Of a stretch of DNA of 64,000 nt, positions 49,290 through 59,617 are shown in pieces (position 1 is the first letter of the stretch; each line of letters starts with the position of its first letter). The notes under the pieces are model-generated. The model was not told where the DNA came from. It ran no database searches and saw nothing but the letters and a program-made list of their open reading frames with translations. The translations under genes were made by a program, and so were the position numbers. Source of the stretch: an uncultured virus (IMG/VR IMGVR_UViG_3300011223_000001) (Duplodnaviria > Heunggongvirae > Uroviricota > Caudoviricetes); the IMG/VR virus record IMGVR_UViG_3300011223_000001, positions 1-64,000 of that record. One strand, written 5' to 3'.

Positions 49290-49639
49290 TTCGACTGGAA
49301 AGGAAGTTTGTTCAGTATACCTACAACGACCAGCTCGTTGAGGTGCGTATTCAAGCCGGTGATGCGGCGGTTGAACTGCGGGCCGATGACCCACTGGCCA
49401 TCACATTCAAAATGGATGGGGTGCTTTATCGCCTGGGGGTAACCCGCGCCCCTGATGAGAAAACCATGCACGTGTTCTTTGCTGGTGTTGCCGCCGATGC
49501 CAGCGAACTCTACGGCATGGCAGGCACGTCCCCGTTCTACACGCAAGTTGATGCCATCGAAATCCCTGATGATCACGACGTCCTGCAATGGCTGTACGTT
49601 GATAATCAGCCGCTCTACAGTCTGGCCCGTGCTGACTGA
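49286..49639 (+). CDS. Hypothetical protein
   Basis: 117 aa; ATGA overlap. Confidence 0.65.
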   Translation: MIRLERKFVQYTYNDQLVEVRIQAGDAAVELRADDPLAITFKMDGVLYRLGVTRAPDEKTMHVFFAGVAADASELYGMAGTSPFYTQVDAIEIPDDHDVLQWLYVDNQPLYSLARAD

Positions 49640-49682
49640 CGTTTTGTCCAACCTGTAACACCAACCTAAGGAATGCAACAAC

Positions 49683-50573
49683 ATGAAGAAATTGTTCCTG
49701 TCGGCTGTAATGGCCTTCTTTACGGTTTCACTCGCGTATGCTGGTGATCCATTGACCGTTTGCACCGGTGGCCCTGGCGGTGCTTATGAGGCGCTCGGGA
49801 AAGAGATCGGTAAAGCGATCACCGACAAAGTCAAGGTGACCGCCCCAACCGAACTCAAGGTGCTCAACACTGGCGGCTCGATCGAAAACGCGCAGCGCCT
49901 GACCAACGGTACTTGCGCCATGGCCATCATGCAAGGCGATGCCGTCGCCAGCCGTGGCCTGCCACGCGATATCAAGGTCACCAACGCTCACGAAGAGGTG
50001 ATCTACTGGATTCACGGTAAGGAAGGTCTGAAAGACTTCGCTGATCTTTCCAAGACCGAGAACAAGAATCTGGGCGTGGCGATCGTCACCGGTTCTGGTG
50101 CACAGATCACCATCGAGAACTTCGGTAACGTGGACGAGGATTACAAAGACCTCAACCTGATTCCATTCGAAGACTGGGAATACGCTGCCGAAGCCACGGC
50201 TAACGGAGCGACTCGCGTTGCAGGTAAAGACGTCAAGATCGCCGGCATGCTTTACGTCGGCCGTGCGGGTTTCATCCCAGGCGCCATTACTAACGATTAC
50301 AGCCAGGACCTGACCGTCGGCGAGGTCGATGAGTCATCCTTCACCAACGCCAAGGACTACAACGGCAATCAGCTGTATACCTCCTGTGCTATCAAAAACG
50401 GTGATACCGGTCCGCTGAAGACCGACACCTGGGGTAAACCTGACACGCTGTGCATGCGTGCTCAAGTGGTGTTCAACAACGAGTTTCTGGCCAGCTACGC
50501 TGAAACTGAACAGCGCGCTCTGCGCAAAGCAGTCATGCAAGGCACCAACCAGATTCTGCGCAACAGCCGCTAA
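49683..50573 (+). CDS. TAXI-family (TRAP) periplasmic solute-binding protein-like
   Basis: Signal peptide ..SLAYA; TGGPGGAY, TGGSIEN, AIMQGD, GSG. Confidence 0.7.
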   Translation: MKKLFLSAVMAFFTVSLAYAGDPLTVCTGGPGGAYEALGKEIGKAITDKVKVTAPTELKVLNTGGSIENAQRLTNGTCAMAIMQGDAVASRGLPRDIKVTNAHEEVIYWIHGKEGLKDFADLSKTENKNLGVAIVTGSGAQITIENFGNVDEDYKDLNLIPFEDWEYAAEATANGATRVAGKDVKIAGMLYVGRAGFIPGAITNDYSQDLTVGEVDESSFTNAKDYNGNQLYTSCAIKNGDTGPLKTDTWGKPDTLCMRAQVVFNNEFLASYAETEQRALRKAVMQGTNQILRNSR

Positions 50574-50672
50574 GGCATCGCCGGTAACGGCATAAGGGAG
50601 CCTTCGGGCTCCCTTTCTTTTTGTTTTTTGGTTTTCGTGAGTAATCGGATGTATTTAACTGGAGGTGCTAAA

Positions 50673-51077
50673 ATGCCCACCTACATCCCGACCATGTCGA
50701 TGATCGGCTGGACCGCCACGCCACACGAGAAAGCGGCGTATATGGTCAGTACGTTCATTGCAGCCAACTACTCACAATCCATCGCGTTGTATGGAAAAAT
50801 CACCACGCTTCAATATCTAGTGAAGAAGTATTCCCAGCGTTTGAATGAGTTGGAGAATGAACTGCGGATATTGTTCGAAGCCAAAGTAACCTCGATGTTT
50901 CCTGGTACCGGTACCTCACAGGTCTACGTCCAGCAAACCGACCCGAGTGACCCTTCGGTCTATTCGATCAAACTGATTTGTGAGATCACCGAAAGTGGTC
51001 GGACTTACACAATCGGTAAGCTTGTTCAATTCAACGACTCGGTCATGGTCAAAATTTCGGATATCGCCAATGGATAA
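50673..51077 (+). CDS. Conserved hypothetical protein
   Basis: GGAGG RBS; IPTMS..GW..NYSQS. Confidence 0.65.
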   Translation: MPTYIPTMSMIGWTATPHEKAAYMVSTFIAANYSQSIALYGKITTLQYLVKKYSQRLNELENELRILFEAKVTSMFPGTGTSQVYVQQTDPSDPSVYSIKLICEITESGRTYTIGKLVQFNDSVMVKISDIANG

Positions 51078-51534
51078 TGTCAAACAACCACAACCTACTC
51101 CTACGGGTACGGACGACCGTTTACTGCGCCTCGAAGAACTGGCGGCAGTGCAAGGTCAGCGTATTGAACAGCTCGAGCAGCTGAACGCGGACCTCAAGCA
51201 ACTTATCCGCAACGAGGCGATGCGCCTGTTGGGCATGACCTTGGGCACCGTCGGTGAGCAACTGCTGCTCGGGGCTACTGCTAAACACACCTACATGGTG
51301 CAAGAGTGCAACGACGAACATCCGATCAACAGCGACACGTTTTATGCCCGCCGGGTTGGTACGGAATGGCTTACTCACATGGTTCGCGAAGACCACGAGA
51401 CACATACCCAGCATAACGTGGCTGTCGAACTGACCAAGCTTCCACCCAACATGGCCACTCAAATCAAATCGTTCTTGGCAGCACTGCCTGCCGGCGTGAG
51501 CGCATTGGCCTTCAACGTATACCGTTCGGAGTAA
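51070..51534 (+). CDS. Hypothetical coiled-coil protein
   Basis: Start MDNVKQ overlapping the upstream stop. Confidence 0.6.
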   Translation: MDNVKQPQPTPTGTDDRLLRLEELAAVQGQRIEQLEQLNADLKQLIRNEAMRLLGMTLGTVGEQLLLGATAKHTYMVQECNDEHPINSDTFYARRVGTEWLTHMVREDHETHTQHNVAVELTKLPPNMATQIKSFLAALPAGVSALAFNVYRSE

Positions 51535-52116
51535 GTGATGTCTGAGCAAAACGATGATAAAAGTTACAGTGAATTGATCCTGGGTTCGTCCATGGAAACC
51601 ATCCTGGCGGCAACCGACCAGGCCATTCCACGGGTACCTGAATCAGTGTTTGTGGCCAGGGTCTTGCCTCTGCTCGAAAAGCCGTTCTACCGCGCCAGCA
51701 TGGCCGGCTACGCCCAGTTCGTCACCGAGCTCACCAACCCACTGCGCGTGGTGGCCGACGGTGACGCTGAGAAGGTGTTGTTCGAAGTGCCCCCACTGAT
51801 TCAAACCACGGGGGTGACGATGCCGGTTCGAGGTGCACCGACCACTGACACCACGCTGCGCGAGCTCTATCAAGAAGCTGAGCGCGGGGTCGATGTTAAC
51901 CGCATGGTCACAAGCATCATGCAGCAGGTCACGGCGCGCCCGAACCTTCAGAAGACTCTGCTCGATCCGCTGCAAGCGATCTTGTCGCGTTACGGTAAGA
52001 CCCTGGACATCACTGACGAAGTGAACAAGTTCGAAGACCTTACCCCCGCGCAAGGCGCCTCGGCTAAACCTGCCGATATTGCAGACGATTCGAGCTATAC
52101 CGGCGAGTTTGAATAA
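51535..52116 (+). CDS. Conserved hypothetical protein
   Basis: 193 aa; VLFEVPPL. Confidence 0.7.
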   Translation: MMSEQNDDKSYSELILGSSMETILAATDQAIPRVPESVFVARVLPLLEKPFYRASMAGYAQFVTELTNPLRVVADGDAEKVLFEVPPLIQTTGVTMPVRGAPTTDTTLRELYQEAERGVDVNRMVTSIMQQVTARPNLQKTLLDPLQAILSRYGKTLDITDEVNKFEDLTPAQGASAKPADIADDSSYTGEFE

Positions 52117-52119
52117 GTC

Positions 52120-53289
52120 ATGAACACAGCCAACTGCAAACGCCCGGGTTGGTTTCGTTGTGCTAGTTTTGGGGATGTCCATTTAGGGCACCCCAACACC
52201 CCAACGGAACACATCATCCGCAACCTCTTGCAATACATCCACGAGGACCTGATCAAGGAACTCGATATGTTGATCTTGGAAGGCGACTTACTCGATCGAC
52301 TGCTGAATGCGGGTGATCCTAACCTGTTTCGGTTCCATGCGTGGGCAACTTGGCTGATGTTCACGTGTGCAAAGCATGGCACCATGCTGGAGATTTTAGA
52401 AGGCACCCCTTCGCATGATTGGTTCCAATCGATGTACTTTGTCGAGCAGAAACAAAATGCTGAGATCCCAGTTGAGATGTTCTATGCCCGTAACCTGACC
52501 ATCCGTTATGTTGAGAAGTTCGACATGCACATCTTGTATGTGCCGGATCACTGTCTGCCTCATCCCGATGACATCCTGCGGGAAACCCGTTTAGAGATGG
52601 CGCGCCTTGGCATCACCCAGGTCGATTTTGCGATCATGCACGGCGCATTCGCGTACCAATACCCTGCGGTAGTTCATGAACCCACCCACGATGAGAAAAC
52701 CTACCTGGACTTGGTGAAGTACTTTATCTTCATCGGCCATGTCCACCAGTCGACTCAGTACGATCGCATTTTAGCCGCCGGCTCTTTCGACCGCCTTAAC
52801 CATGGCGACGAAGGATATAAGGGGTTTTATGACGTCAGTGTACGTGAGAATGGCGAACACCGGATCACCTTTGTTATCAACCACCATGCCAAACGCTACG
52901 ACACGTTAGATTGTCGCGGGCTCGATATCCGTGAAATCAACAGTCTGGTGCAAAAGCATATCAACGGCACAGACAAGCAACTGCGCCATGGCAGCAGCAT
53001 CCGCCTGCGTTGCACCCAGGGCGATCCTGCGGTGGCTTACAACGAGGTCCTGCGTAAAGAGTTCACCGACTACGAGTGGGCCAACCCCGTCGTAGAAGAC
53101 CTGAAAAAGAAAGAGCGTAAGTCAGTGGCCCAAGTATTGGCCGACCTTGACATGAGCGAATTCATCCCTATCACCGAACAGAGTTTCCTGGCGCTGCTGC
53201 GCCCCGAACTGGAAAAGCACAGCCAAGATCCAGCTCAGGTTGAGCGCTGCATGCACCATGCGGACCTACACTTATTAGAGGTGGCCTGA
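52120..53289 (+). CDS. SbcD/Mre11-like metallophosphoesterase nuclease
   Basis: GDVHLG, GDLLD, GTPSHD, MHG, GHVH, GSFDR. Confidence 0.85.
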   Translation: MNTANCKRPGWFRCASFGDVHLGHPNTPTEHIIRNLLQYIHEDLIKELDMLILEGDLLDRLLNAGDPNLFRFHAWATWLMFTCAKHGTMLEILEGTPSHDWFQSMYFVEQKQNAEIPVEMFYARNLTIRYVEKFDMHILYVPDHCLPHPDDILRETRLEMARLGITQVDFAIMHGAFAYQYPAVVHEPTHDEKTYLDLVKYFIFIGHVHQSTQYDRILAAGSFDRLNHGDEGYKGFYDVSVRENGEHRITFVINHHAKRYDTLDCRGLDIREINSLVQKHINGTDKQLRHGSSIRLRCTQGDPAVAYNEVLRKEFTDYEWANPVVEDLKKKERKSVAQVLADLDMSEFIPITEQSFLALLRPELEKHSQDPAQVERCMHHADLHLLEVA

Positions 53290-53290
53290 A

Positions 53291-54121
53291 ATGTCAGTCG
53301 ATCGCGAACTGGGTAAGAAGCTCCCATTGAGCATCGGCACCTCGTTTGGCCTAGAGGGACTGTTGGGTATCCATGAGGGTAACCCCCAACAGCCTGCCGG
53401 TCACCGCGGCATCACCGCCCTTTGGGTGAACATAAGAACGTTGGTGCGCAACTACCGCGAAGCATTTAAGACCGCGGATCGGGATCGCATCAAGTACGAT
53501 GCGGCGGCACTTGATATCTTCAATGAGATGCAGGCCATCCCTGACATCCTGCGACACTACAAGCGCAACATCGAGGTGGTCTTTTACCACCAAGCCATCG
53601 AGGATATCCATCAGCAGTTCCCTCGGGCTAAATACAAAGCGATCAAAACGGATAATCAATCTACTGCCCACACCTATGAGACGTTCACCCTGCGGTTTTT
53701 GCTAGCCGAGTGCCAAAACGCTAAGCTACCGGTACAACAGATCACACGTCAACCGAAGCCATCGCACCACATCGCGGCTTTGCTTACCCACTACCCTAAG
53801 GATTTGTTTTGGAAAGGGTGCTTCCAACGACTGTTCCTCCTAGAGTCGCACACAGGTCGGTTAAAGACCTATGTGGACTGGTACACCAAACTCATCGGAA
53901 TTAAGTCTGATAACCCAGTTCCGATGAACGAGTTCACGATTCAGGTATTTGGTGACAAGTACCTGTTCGACGGCCAAGACGCCAAAATAAAGAATGAACT
54001 CAAACAACTGGCTAAGGTAAAGCGGTGGAATGCAACCACCCCATCTCCAAAAGTCCAGACCGATGTCATGGCAAACGGTAGTGACCTATTGAAGGAAACC
54101 TACCGGTACTTGATGTCCTGA
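53291..54121 (+). CDS. Conserved core protein (phiKZ gp66-like)
   Basis: 276 aa; NIRTLVRN, LLESHTG, QVFGD. Confidence 0.6.
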   Translation: MSVDRELGKKLPLSIGTSFGLEGLLGIHEGNPQQPAGHRGITALWVNIRTLVRNYREAFKTADRDRIKYDAAALDIFNEMQAIPDILRHYKRNIEVVFYHQAIEDIHQQFPRAKYKAIKTDNQSTAHTYETFTLRFLLAECQNAKLPVQQITRQPKPSHHIAALLTHYPKDLFWKGCFQRLFLLESHTGRLKTYVDWYTKLIGIKSDNPVPMNEFTIQVFGDKYLFDGQDAKIKNELKQLAKVKRWNATTPSPKVQTDVMANGSDLLKETYRYLMS

Positions 54122-54209
54122 AATAAATACTTGACCGCACAATAGTACGTGCACATCTACCGCCGACATAACCCTCGCGTATGTCCTCTTGAAGCAAAAG
54201 GATCGATCC

Positions 54210-54962
54210 ATGAGCCAGCAAAACCGTGCGCCGCTTGACCCGAATATTCTCGACGTTATGTCGAACTGGTTGTTCACTGATCCCGTAGCAGGCGCCTCCA
54301 AGCGCCCCAACTTCCGGGTGAAGGTCCTCGGCAACGTTCCACGCATCTCGGTCAAAACCAACGTCGAAAACGACAAGCAGTTCGGCAAGATCGATTTCCA
54401 GACAGACCTCGCGACCTGGGGTACGATCATCGCCCTGGCCAACGACATGGCTGAAGGCCGTGACGACAGCGATGGTTACAACTGGGACTACAAAGACGAT
54501 TTCCTGGCCGGCAAGAAACTCGACCGTGAGATGGTCCTGTCCACCCTGCAAATCGGTCGTGACCGTGAAAGCGGCCGTATGTACATCTCGGTACTGTCCA
54601 GCGACAAGTCCCGCCCACGTATCCAGTTCTGGTTCGGTCCGACCAAGTACCATGACATCCGTCACCGCGACGGTTCGCCGCTGGCGCCGAGGAAACTGTC
54701 CGAGTCGTTTGCTCGCGGTTTCCTGAAGCCGATCAGCGAGTTGGTTTCGCACCTGCTGATCAGCCAGTTCAACCCCGACGCCAAGAACGTCGCCAAGGCT
54801 GGCCCGCAAATGGGTGGCGGTGGTGGCGGTGGCTACAACAACCAGGGCCGCGGCGGCAATGGTGGCGGTGGTGGTAACTACGGCGGTGGTAACAACTACA
54901 ACCGCGGCGGTAGCAATAACAACCACAGCGACGCCGTCGATTTCGACGAGTTCGTGATGTAA
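54210..54962 (+). CDS. chmC: ChmC-like nucleus-associated RNA-binding protein (phiKZ gp67-like)
   Basis: Globular domain plus Gly/Asn-rich disordered tail with acidic end; syntenic position before the gp68-like gene. Confidence 0.65.
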   Translation: MSQQNRAPLDPNILDVMSNWLFTDPVAGASKRPNFRVKVLGNVPRISVKTNVENDKQFGKIDFQTDLATWGTIIALANDMAEGRDDSDGYNWDYKDDFLAGKKLDREMVLSTLQIGRDRESGRMYISVLSSDKSRPRIQFWFGPTKYHDIRHRDGSPLAPRKLSESFARGFLKPISELVSHLLISQFNPDAKNVAKAGPQMGGGGGGGYNNQGRGGNGGGGGNYGGGNNYNRGGSNNNHSDAVDFDEFVM

Positions 54963-55034
54963 AGCGACATAAGCCCAGGGGTAGCTACCCCTGGGCTTTA
55001 TAACTTGTCGATGAATTCAAGTTAATTTAAGACA

Positions 55035-55049
55035 TATATCATCTTCGTG
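55035..55049 (+). promoter_or_regulatory. Putative early promoter
   Basis: TATATCA-TCTTCG-TG. Confidence 0.6.
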
Positions 55050-55079
55050 CATTGGTCCATTTAACTTAAGGGAACTGTA

Positions 55080-56639
55080 ATGCGCCTGGCTGTCAGTAGA
55101 GTAAAAGGCACGGGCTTTGATGAGGTCACGGCCACCCACAAAAACCATGACCCACTGATTTGGGCAGCAGGAGCGTATGGAAAAGTGCGCTTGGCTGACC
55201 CGGTTGGGGTCTTCAATGAAATCAACAGTTACTGGGAGACCTGTCATCCAGACGTCCTTGATGCGATCTGGGATTGCTACGTGGGCATCCACGCGGTAAC
55301 CCGTTCGGTATCGGACAGCTTCTATGTAGCACAATCGATCCGGTTCTACGTCAACAAGATGTACAACCTGATGCCCATGGAATCGTTCAAGCATTGGCTG
55401 CTTCTAAGCGGCCGGTTGCATGTACCGAACGAGATCCAAGACTCCATCACCGAAGGGTCACGCTACACCGATGAAGGCCAGACCTACCTTAAGTCTGACT
55501 ACATCAACTTGGCGATCTTCTCGCTGGGCATCCGACCCATGCTGCCGGTGTGGGGTGCGTACATTGAGCTGATCAATGACAACCAAAAAGGCAAAGAGCT
55601 CGATGCCTTGGGGTTGATCATGGATACCGAGTTGGTTGACTGGCCGACCATAGGTTCGGTGTTCGAGAAGCTGCAACGGTACATCGACGAACGTATCAAC
55701 GACAACAGCATCAGCATGGCATCGACATGGAAGGGCTTAGGTTCTTCTGAGATACCGAAACTGATCTTGGCCAAAGTGATCGTGCGCCGCTTGACCATTG
55801 CCGTGATGTGTGACCCACAGGCCACCAGCATCATCTCCAGTGTGCACTGGTACATCCGCTACTGCTTGAACCCGGCTGATCGTACCACCGCTGAACGGGT
55901 GAACGATAAGAAGATCGACTCCAAGTCCGGTGAGGACGACGACAAGACCAGCTTCATCGACGCCAACAAGATCAAGGTCAAGGTTGTGATTGGTGATGCA
56001 ACCACGTTTGAGGAAGACACGCTGCGCCCCGCACTGCTGGCGCAAAAGGTTGACCCGACGATCGACCTGACGTTACTGGATCAGTGCTTAGCCTGTATCC
56101 CTAACGTTGAGGACTACCCGCTTGAAGTACACCAAAAGCGGTTAGCCCAGTGGGTAATGGCAAAGGCGTTTTCGCCCAAGGCTTACCCGCACATTGAAAA
56201 GCAGTACATCCACAAGCTGGTTGCGGTAACGCAAGCATTGTTGTGGCATTGGGGCATGATCGACGTGGCACTGATCATGCAGGTATCGCGTTACATCGAG
56301 GAAGGGATCACAGGCACCAGCTTGCCGATCGCAACCAAGTCGTGGCCGCGCATCCAACCCAAGTATAAGGAAGCGCTGAACGAAGCGTTCCCTTTCTTGA
56401 AGCCCATGCGTCCCCGTCCTGGTGACACGAACCCCCACGAGCGGCATACTAACTACACTATCATCGCGATCACGAATATCACAACCGAGATCCGATCCGC
56501 TAACTGGGTGTTCCATGGACCTAAGGCACTGTGGAATGTCAGTGACCAGCCAAAAGGTCACAACATCATCGCCATGCCTCAGCAATTCAAGAACCTACTG
56601 ACTGATTTGGCGTTGCATTTGGCAGCGATCAATAAGTAA
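55080..56639 (+). CDS. nvRNAP promoter-specificity (sigma-like) subunit, phiKZ gp68-like
   Basis: 519 aa; size and synteny. Confidence 0.65.
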   Translation: MRLAVSRVKGTGFDEVTATHKNHDPLIWAAGAYGKVRLADPVGVFNEINSYWETCHPDVLDAIWDCYVGIHAVTRSVSDSFYVAQSIRFYVNKMYNLMPMESFKHWLLLSGRLHVPNEIQDSITEGSRYTDEGQTYLKSDYINLAIFSLGIRPMLPVWGAYIELINDNQKGKELDALGLIMDTELVDWPTIGSVFEKLQRYIDERINDNSISMASTWKGLGSSEIPKLILAKVIVRRLTIAVMCDPQATSIISSVHWYIRYCLNPADRTTAERVNDKKIDSKSGEDDDKTSFIDANKIKVKVVIGDATTFEEDTLRPALLAQKVDPTIDLTLLDQCLACIPNVEDYPLEVHQKRLAQWVMAKAFSPKAYPHIEKQYIHKLVAVTQALLWHWGMIDVALIMQVSRYIEEGITGTSLPIATKSWPRIQPKYKEALNEAFPFLKPMRPRPGDTNPHERHTNYTIIAITNITTEIRSANWVFHGPKALWNVSDQPKGHNIIAMPQQFKNLLTDLALHLAAINK

Positions 56640-56655
56640 CACCGGAGAGAGAACC

Positions 56656-58248
56656 ATGCAAAGTTATACCTTTGGCGAAAACACCCAGATCCGTGTTGAG
56701 CTGTTTATCATGGCGCAGACCGGCACGTACCAAGAGCAAACCCTTCGCCCCTTCAAGACTAACTTCTCGGAACGCGTCATCAACCAGCTGAGCGAGGCAA
56801 CCCTACAGGGTAACCGCCTGGGCGTGGCAGCTGTGAATGCGATCGCTTCGGAAGTGATCCAGCCTTCAGCGAACATCGAAGGCTTCGTGGGTATTCCTGA
56901 AGGTTGGGCCAGCCGTCGTTTCCGTTTCGTCATGCGCGTGGTGGAAACTCAGCCATTCATTCCGAATGAGAAGACGATCCGTATCTTGTTCGGGTACAGC
57001 GACCACTCCGACGTCTCCCATGGCGGACTGCTGGACCCAAATACCCGGATCTATTTTAACTCCGAAACCACGATCCGTGACAAGATCGTTGCAGGTGTAA
57101 ACGGCCCACAGCGTCAAGCTTTCGTGCAGGCGGCTAACCAGATCATCACCCCGATGCGCATCCTCAATGCGGGACGGACGGGTGACATCCAGCAAACCCA
57201 CATGATCCGTCCTGAGGACGTGTTCAACCTGCGTGAAGCCAGCATCGTCTCGCAGATGGCTGCACAGAACATTCAAGGGGGTATCGACCTGACGTACGAC
57301 ACCCGTTCGATCTCGGGTGCCGGTTCCTTCCAGCTCTCTCGTCGTCGCGACACGTCGCCGACGCGCTATGTGGCCGACACCCTCGGGTCGCTTCAGCACG
57401 CGGTGCAGGAAAACAAAATGGCCACGCAGGGTTACATCAGTAACAATGCCCTGGGGCCTGCGGTGATGTCGGAAGCGGGTGCACGTGCCGCTAACCAGTC
57501 GATCGGTACGGATCTGTTCTTGGCCAGACTGCGTGACCACGCCGGTTACATGGAGCGCGGGTACGTAGCCCTGCATGACCTGATCCGTCTGTTCCCGGAA
57601 GTAGGTGACTTTAATAACGTCACTCACTACGCTGTTGACAACGGACAAAGCATGCGCCGGGTTTCGCAGACGCACGACAGTGAACACTGGCATGGCGCTG
57701 ATAAAACCAGCATCGCAGCTTCACTGTTGGCACAAGTTGTTCCGGCGGTGATGATGGACAACTTCATCCGGAACATCAGTTTCGCGGTGACCAACTCCAT
57801 GATCCCGGGTCAGTACTCGCTGATGATCGTGCCTGAGCACACGCGCTCGATCGTTGACGAAGTCGAGATGACGCCTTACATTCAGGAATTCGAACGGCGC
57901 TTGACCATCGACGCCCTGAACTCCATCACCTTCGGCGGACAGATCCCGTTCAACATCTCGATGATGTCGGACCTGTCCGGTGACAGCATCATCAACATCA
58001 GTTTGGATGGTGAGCCTGTGGTGCAGTATGTAGCACCTACGTTTACCGACAGCCTGTTCTCGCCGATGGTATCGACGCAGCTCGATGCGGCGAACAAGGT
58101 TTCCAACGACATGATTGCGATTGCAAGCAGCGTGTTGGACCTGGGCCAGGCTAACGTAAACTTTGCGGTGCAAGCACCGACGCCGGTCACATTGAACCCA
58201 CACATTTCAGGAGCAGGAAACTATGCAACAGACTTTGGACTTCTATAA
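56656..58248 (+). CDS. PicA/Imp1-like nuclear import factor (phiKZ gp69-like)
   Basis: 530 aa; TGTY, GW..RRFRF, RPEDVF, PTFTDSL; synteny. Confidence 0.65.
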   Translation: MQSYTFGENTQIRVELFIMAQTGTYQEQTLRPFKTNFSERVINQLSEATLQGNRLGVAAVNAIASEVIQPSANIEGFVGIPEGWASRRFRFVMRVVETQPFIPNEKTIRILFGYSDHSDVSHGGLLDPNTRIYFNSETTIRDKIVAGVNGPQRQAFVQAANQIITPMRILNAGRTGDIQQTHMIRPEDVFNLREASIVSQMAAQNIQGGIDLTYDTRSISGAGSFQLSRRRDTSPTRYVADTLGSLQHAVQENKMATQGYISNNALGPAVMSEAGARAANQSIGTDLFLARLRDHAGYMERGYVALHDLIRLFPEVGDFNNVTHYAVDNGQSMRRVSQTHDSEHWHGADKTSIAASLLAQVVPAVMMDNFIRNISFAVTNSMIPGQYSLMIVPEHTRSIVDEVEMTPYIQEFERRLTIDALNSITFGGQIPFNISMMSDLSGDSIINISLDGEPVVQYVAPTFTDSLFSPMVSTQLDAANKVSNDMIAIASSVLDLGQANVNFAVQAPTPVTLNPHISGAGNYATDFGLL

Positions 58249-59584
58249 GCAGGCCCTCGAATCGATGCGCTACGGCGTCGATGACGAAGGTTTGATCAGT
58301 ATCACCACGGCGTCAGGACAGCTCTCCCCAGCCGAGGTGGAAGGCAAGCGTCTGGTGCTGCCGACCAAGGCATGGCTCAAGAAAGGGTTTGGTGACGACT
58401 ACCAAGCCTGGCACCCCTTGTCTGAAACCATGGCCCGTCGCGGTACCTCGCCTGTGATCCAACACATGCAGCGCAACTGCCGAGCACAGCTGAGTTTCAC
58501 CTACGTGTACCTGGCCTCGCAGTTGCTGCGGGTCGCGGCGGATCGGGAGCTGCACAAAGAACTTCCTCCGACCGATGACTGCAACGAGTTCCTCAAGAAG
58601 ATGCAGGCAGCGGACAACAAACTGGTCGAGATCTTTGACCGGTTGGTTCAGGCGGCCAGTGATAAGCGTCGACTGATCACGCTGTACCTCAAAAACGGCG
58701 GCACCTATGGCGGTAAGAAAGTCAACCGTCTGGCGGTGATCCGCTTCCCGTTGATCGAACTGCTGGAAAACGAAGAAGACAAGGTGTTGGGCATTGTCAT
58801 CAAGCCCAAGCAGCGTCAAGTGTTGTTGACCCTGCTGCGCACCATCCTGCCCAATGGTGATGATCCAGAGCAGTACAGCGCCGGTTCCAACAACCGTGTG
58901 GCGCCGTATTTCCATGCGTTCATGCAAGCTTACCACAAGGTAATCGTGCAGCTGAACAAGATCATCATGCGCTACGGCCAACCGATGGCATTGCCGGTCA
59001 AAGCGTTCCCGATGTTTGATGAGGAATACCTCACCAAGTTCGGTGACATCTACGACCAGATCCCATCGCTGGACGGTAACGAGGGTGGCGTTCACGAAGT
59101 GGACGATGACGACGCAGCGCCAGCGGCTGCTGAACCTGCACCGGCCAAGAAGGTTGCGGTTAAAGCACCCCAGGCGCAAGGCATCGAGGTGGTGAACACC
59201 AAACCCACTACCTCGGCACCAATGCGTGAGAAGGTTGCTCAAGCCACGCGTGTTGTTGAAGAAGACACCATCGACTTCGACACCCTGCGCAAGCAATGGG
59301 CACAACCGGCACAAGCCACGATGATGCCACCTGGCTACCCCAACATGGCTGTCGGGGGTGTACAGATGGCACCCCAAGGGCATGTGGTCATGCCATGGCA
59401 AGCGCAAGCGGCTGCACCCGTAGTCAACAGCAATCCCTTCGCGATGGTTGCGCAACAGCGTACGCTCGAAGCACAACAACCACACAGCCATCCCTACGGC
59501 ATGGGTGGTGGTATGGGCGCGGTCTCTGTGATCTCGCCGGGTGTGGGTTATCAACCAGGCATGGTAGCAAACACGCTACTGTAA
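58223..59584 (+). CDS. Conserved core protein (phiKZ gp70-like)
   Basis: 453 aa; RLVLPT, HPLSE, SLDGNEG; low-complexity tail. Confidence 0.6.
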   Translation: MQQTLDFYKQALESMRYGVDDEGLISITTASGQLSPAEVEGKRLVLPTKAWLKKGFGDDYQAWHPLSETMARRGTSPVIQHMQRNCRAQLSFTYVYLASQLLRVAADRELHKELPPTDDCNEFLKKMQAADNKLVEIFDRLVQAASDKRRLITLYLKNGGTYGGKKVNRLAVIRFPLIELLENEEDKVLGIVIKPKQRQVLLTLLRTILPNGDDPEQYSAGSNNRVAPYFHAFMQAYHKVIVQLNKIIMRYGQPMALPVKAFPMFDEEYLTKFGDIYDQIPSLDGNEGGVHEVDDDDAAPAAAEPAPAKKVAVKAPQAQGIEVVNTKPTTSAPMREKVAQATRVVEEDTIDFDTLRKQWAQPAQATMMPPGYPNMAVGGVQMAPQGHVVMPWQAQAAAPVVNSNPFAMVAQQRTLEAQQPHSHPYGMGGGMGAVSVISPGVGYQPGMVANTLL

Positions 59585-59617
59585 CACGGCATAAGCAGGG
59601 CTCTTACGAGCCCTGCC

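Noticed and set aside
54811..54925. GGT/GGC/AAC repeats as a repeat array
   Set aside because: They simply encode the Gly/Asn tail of the ChmC-like protein.
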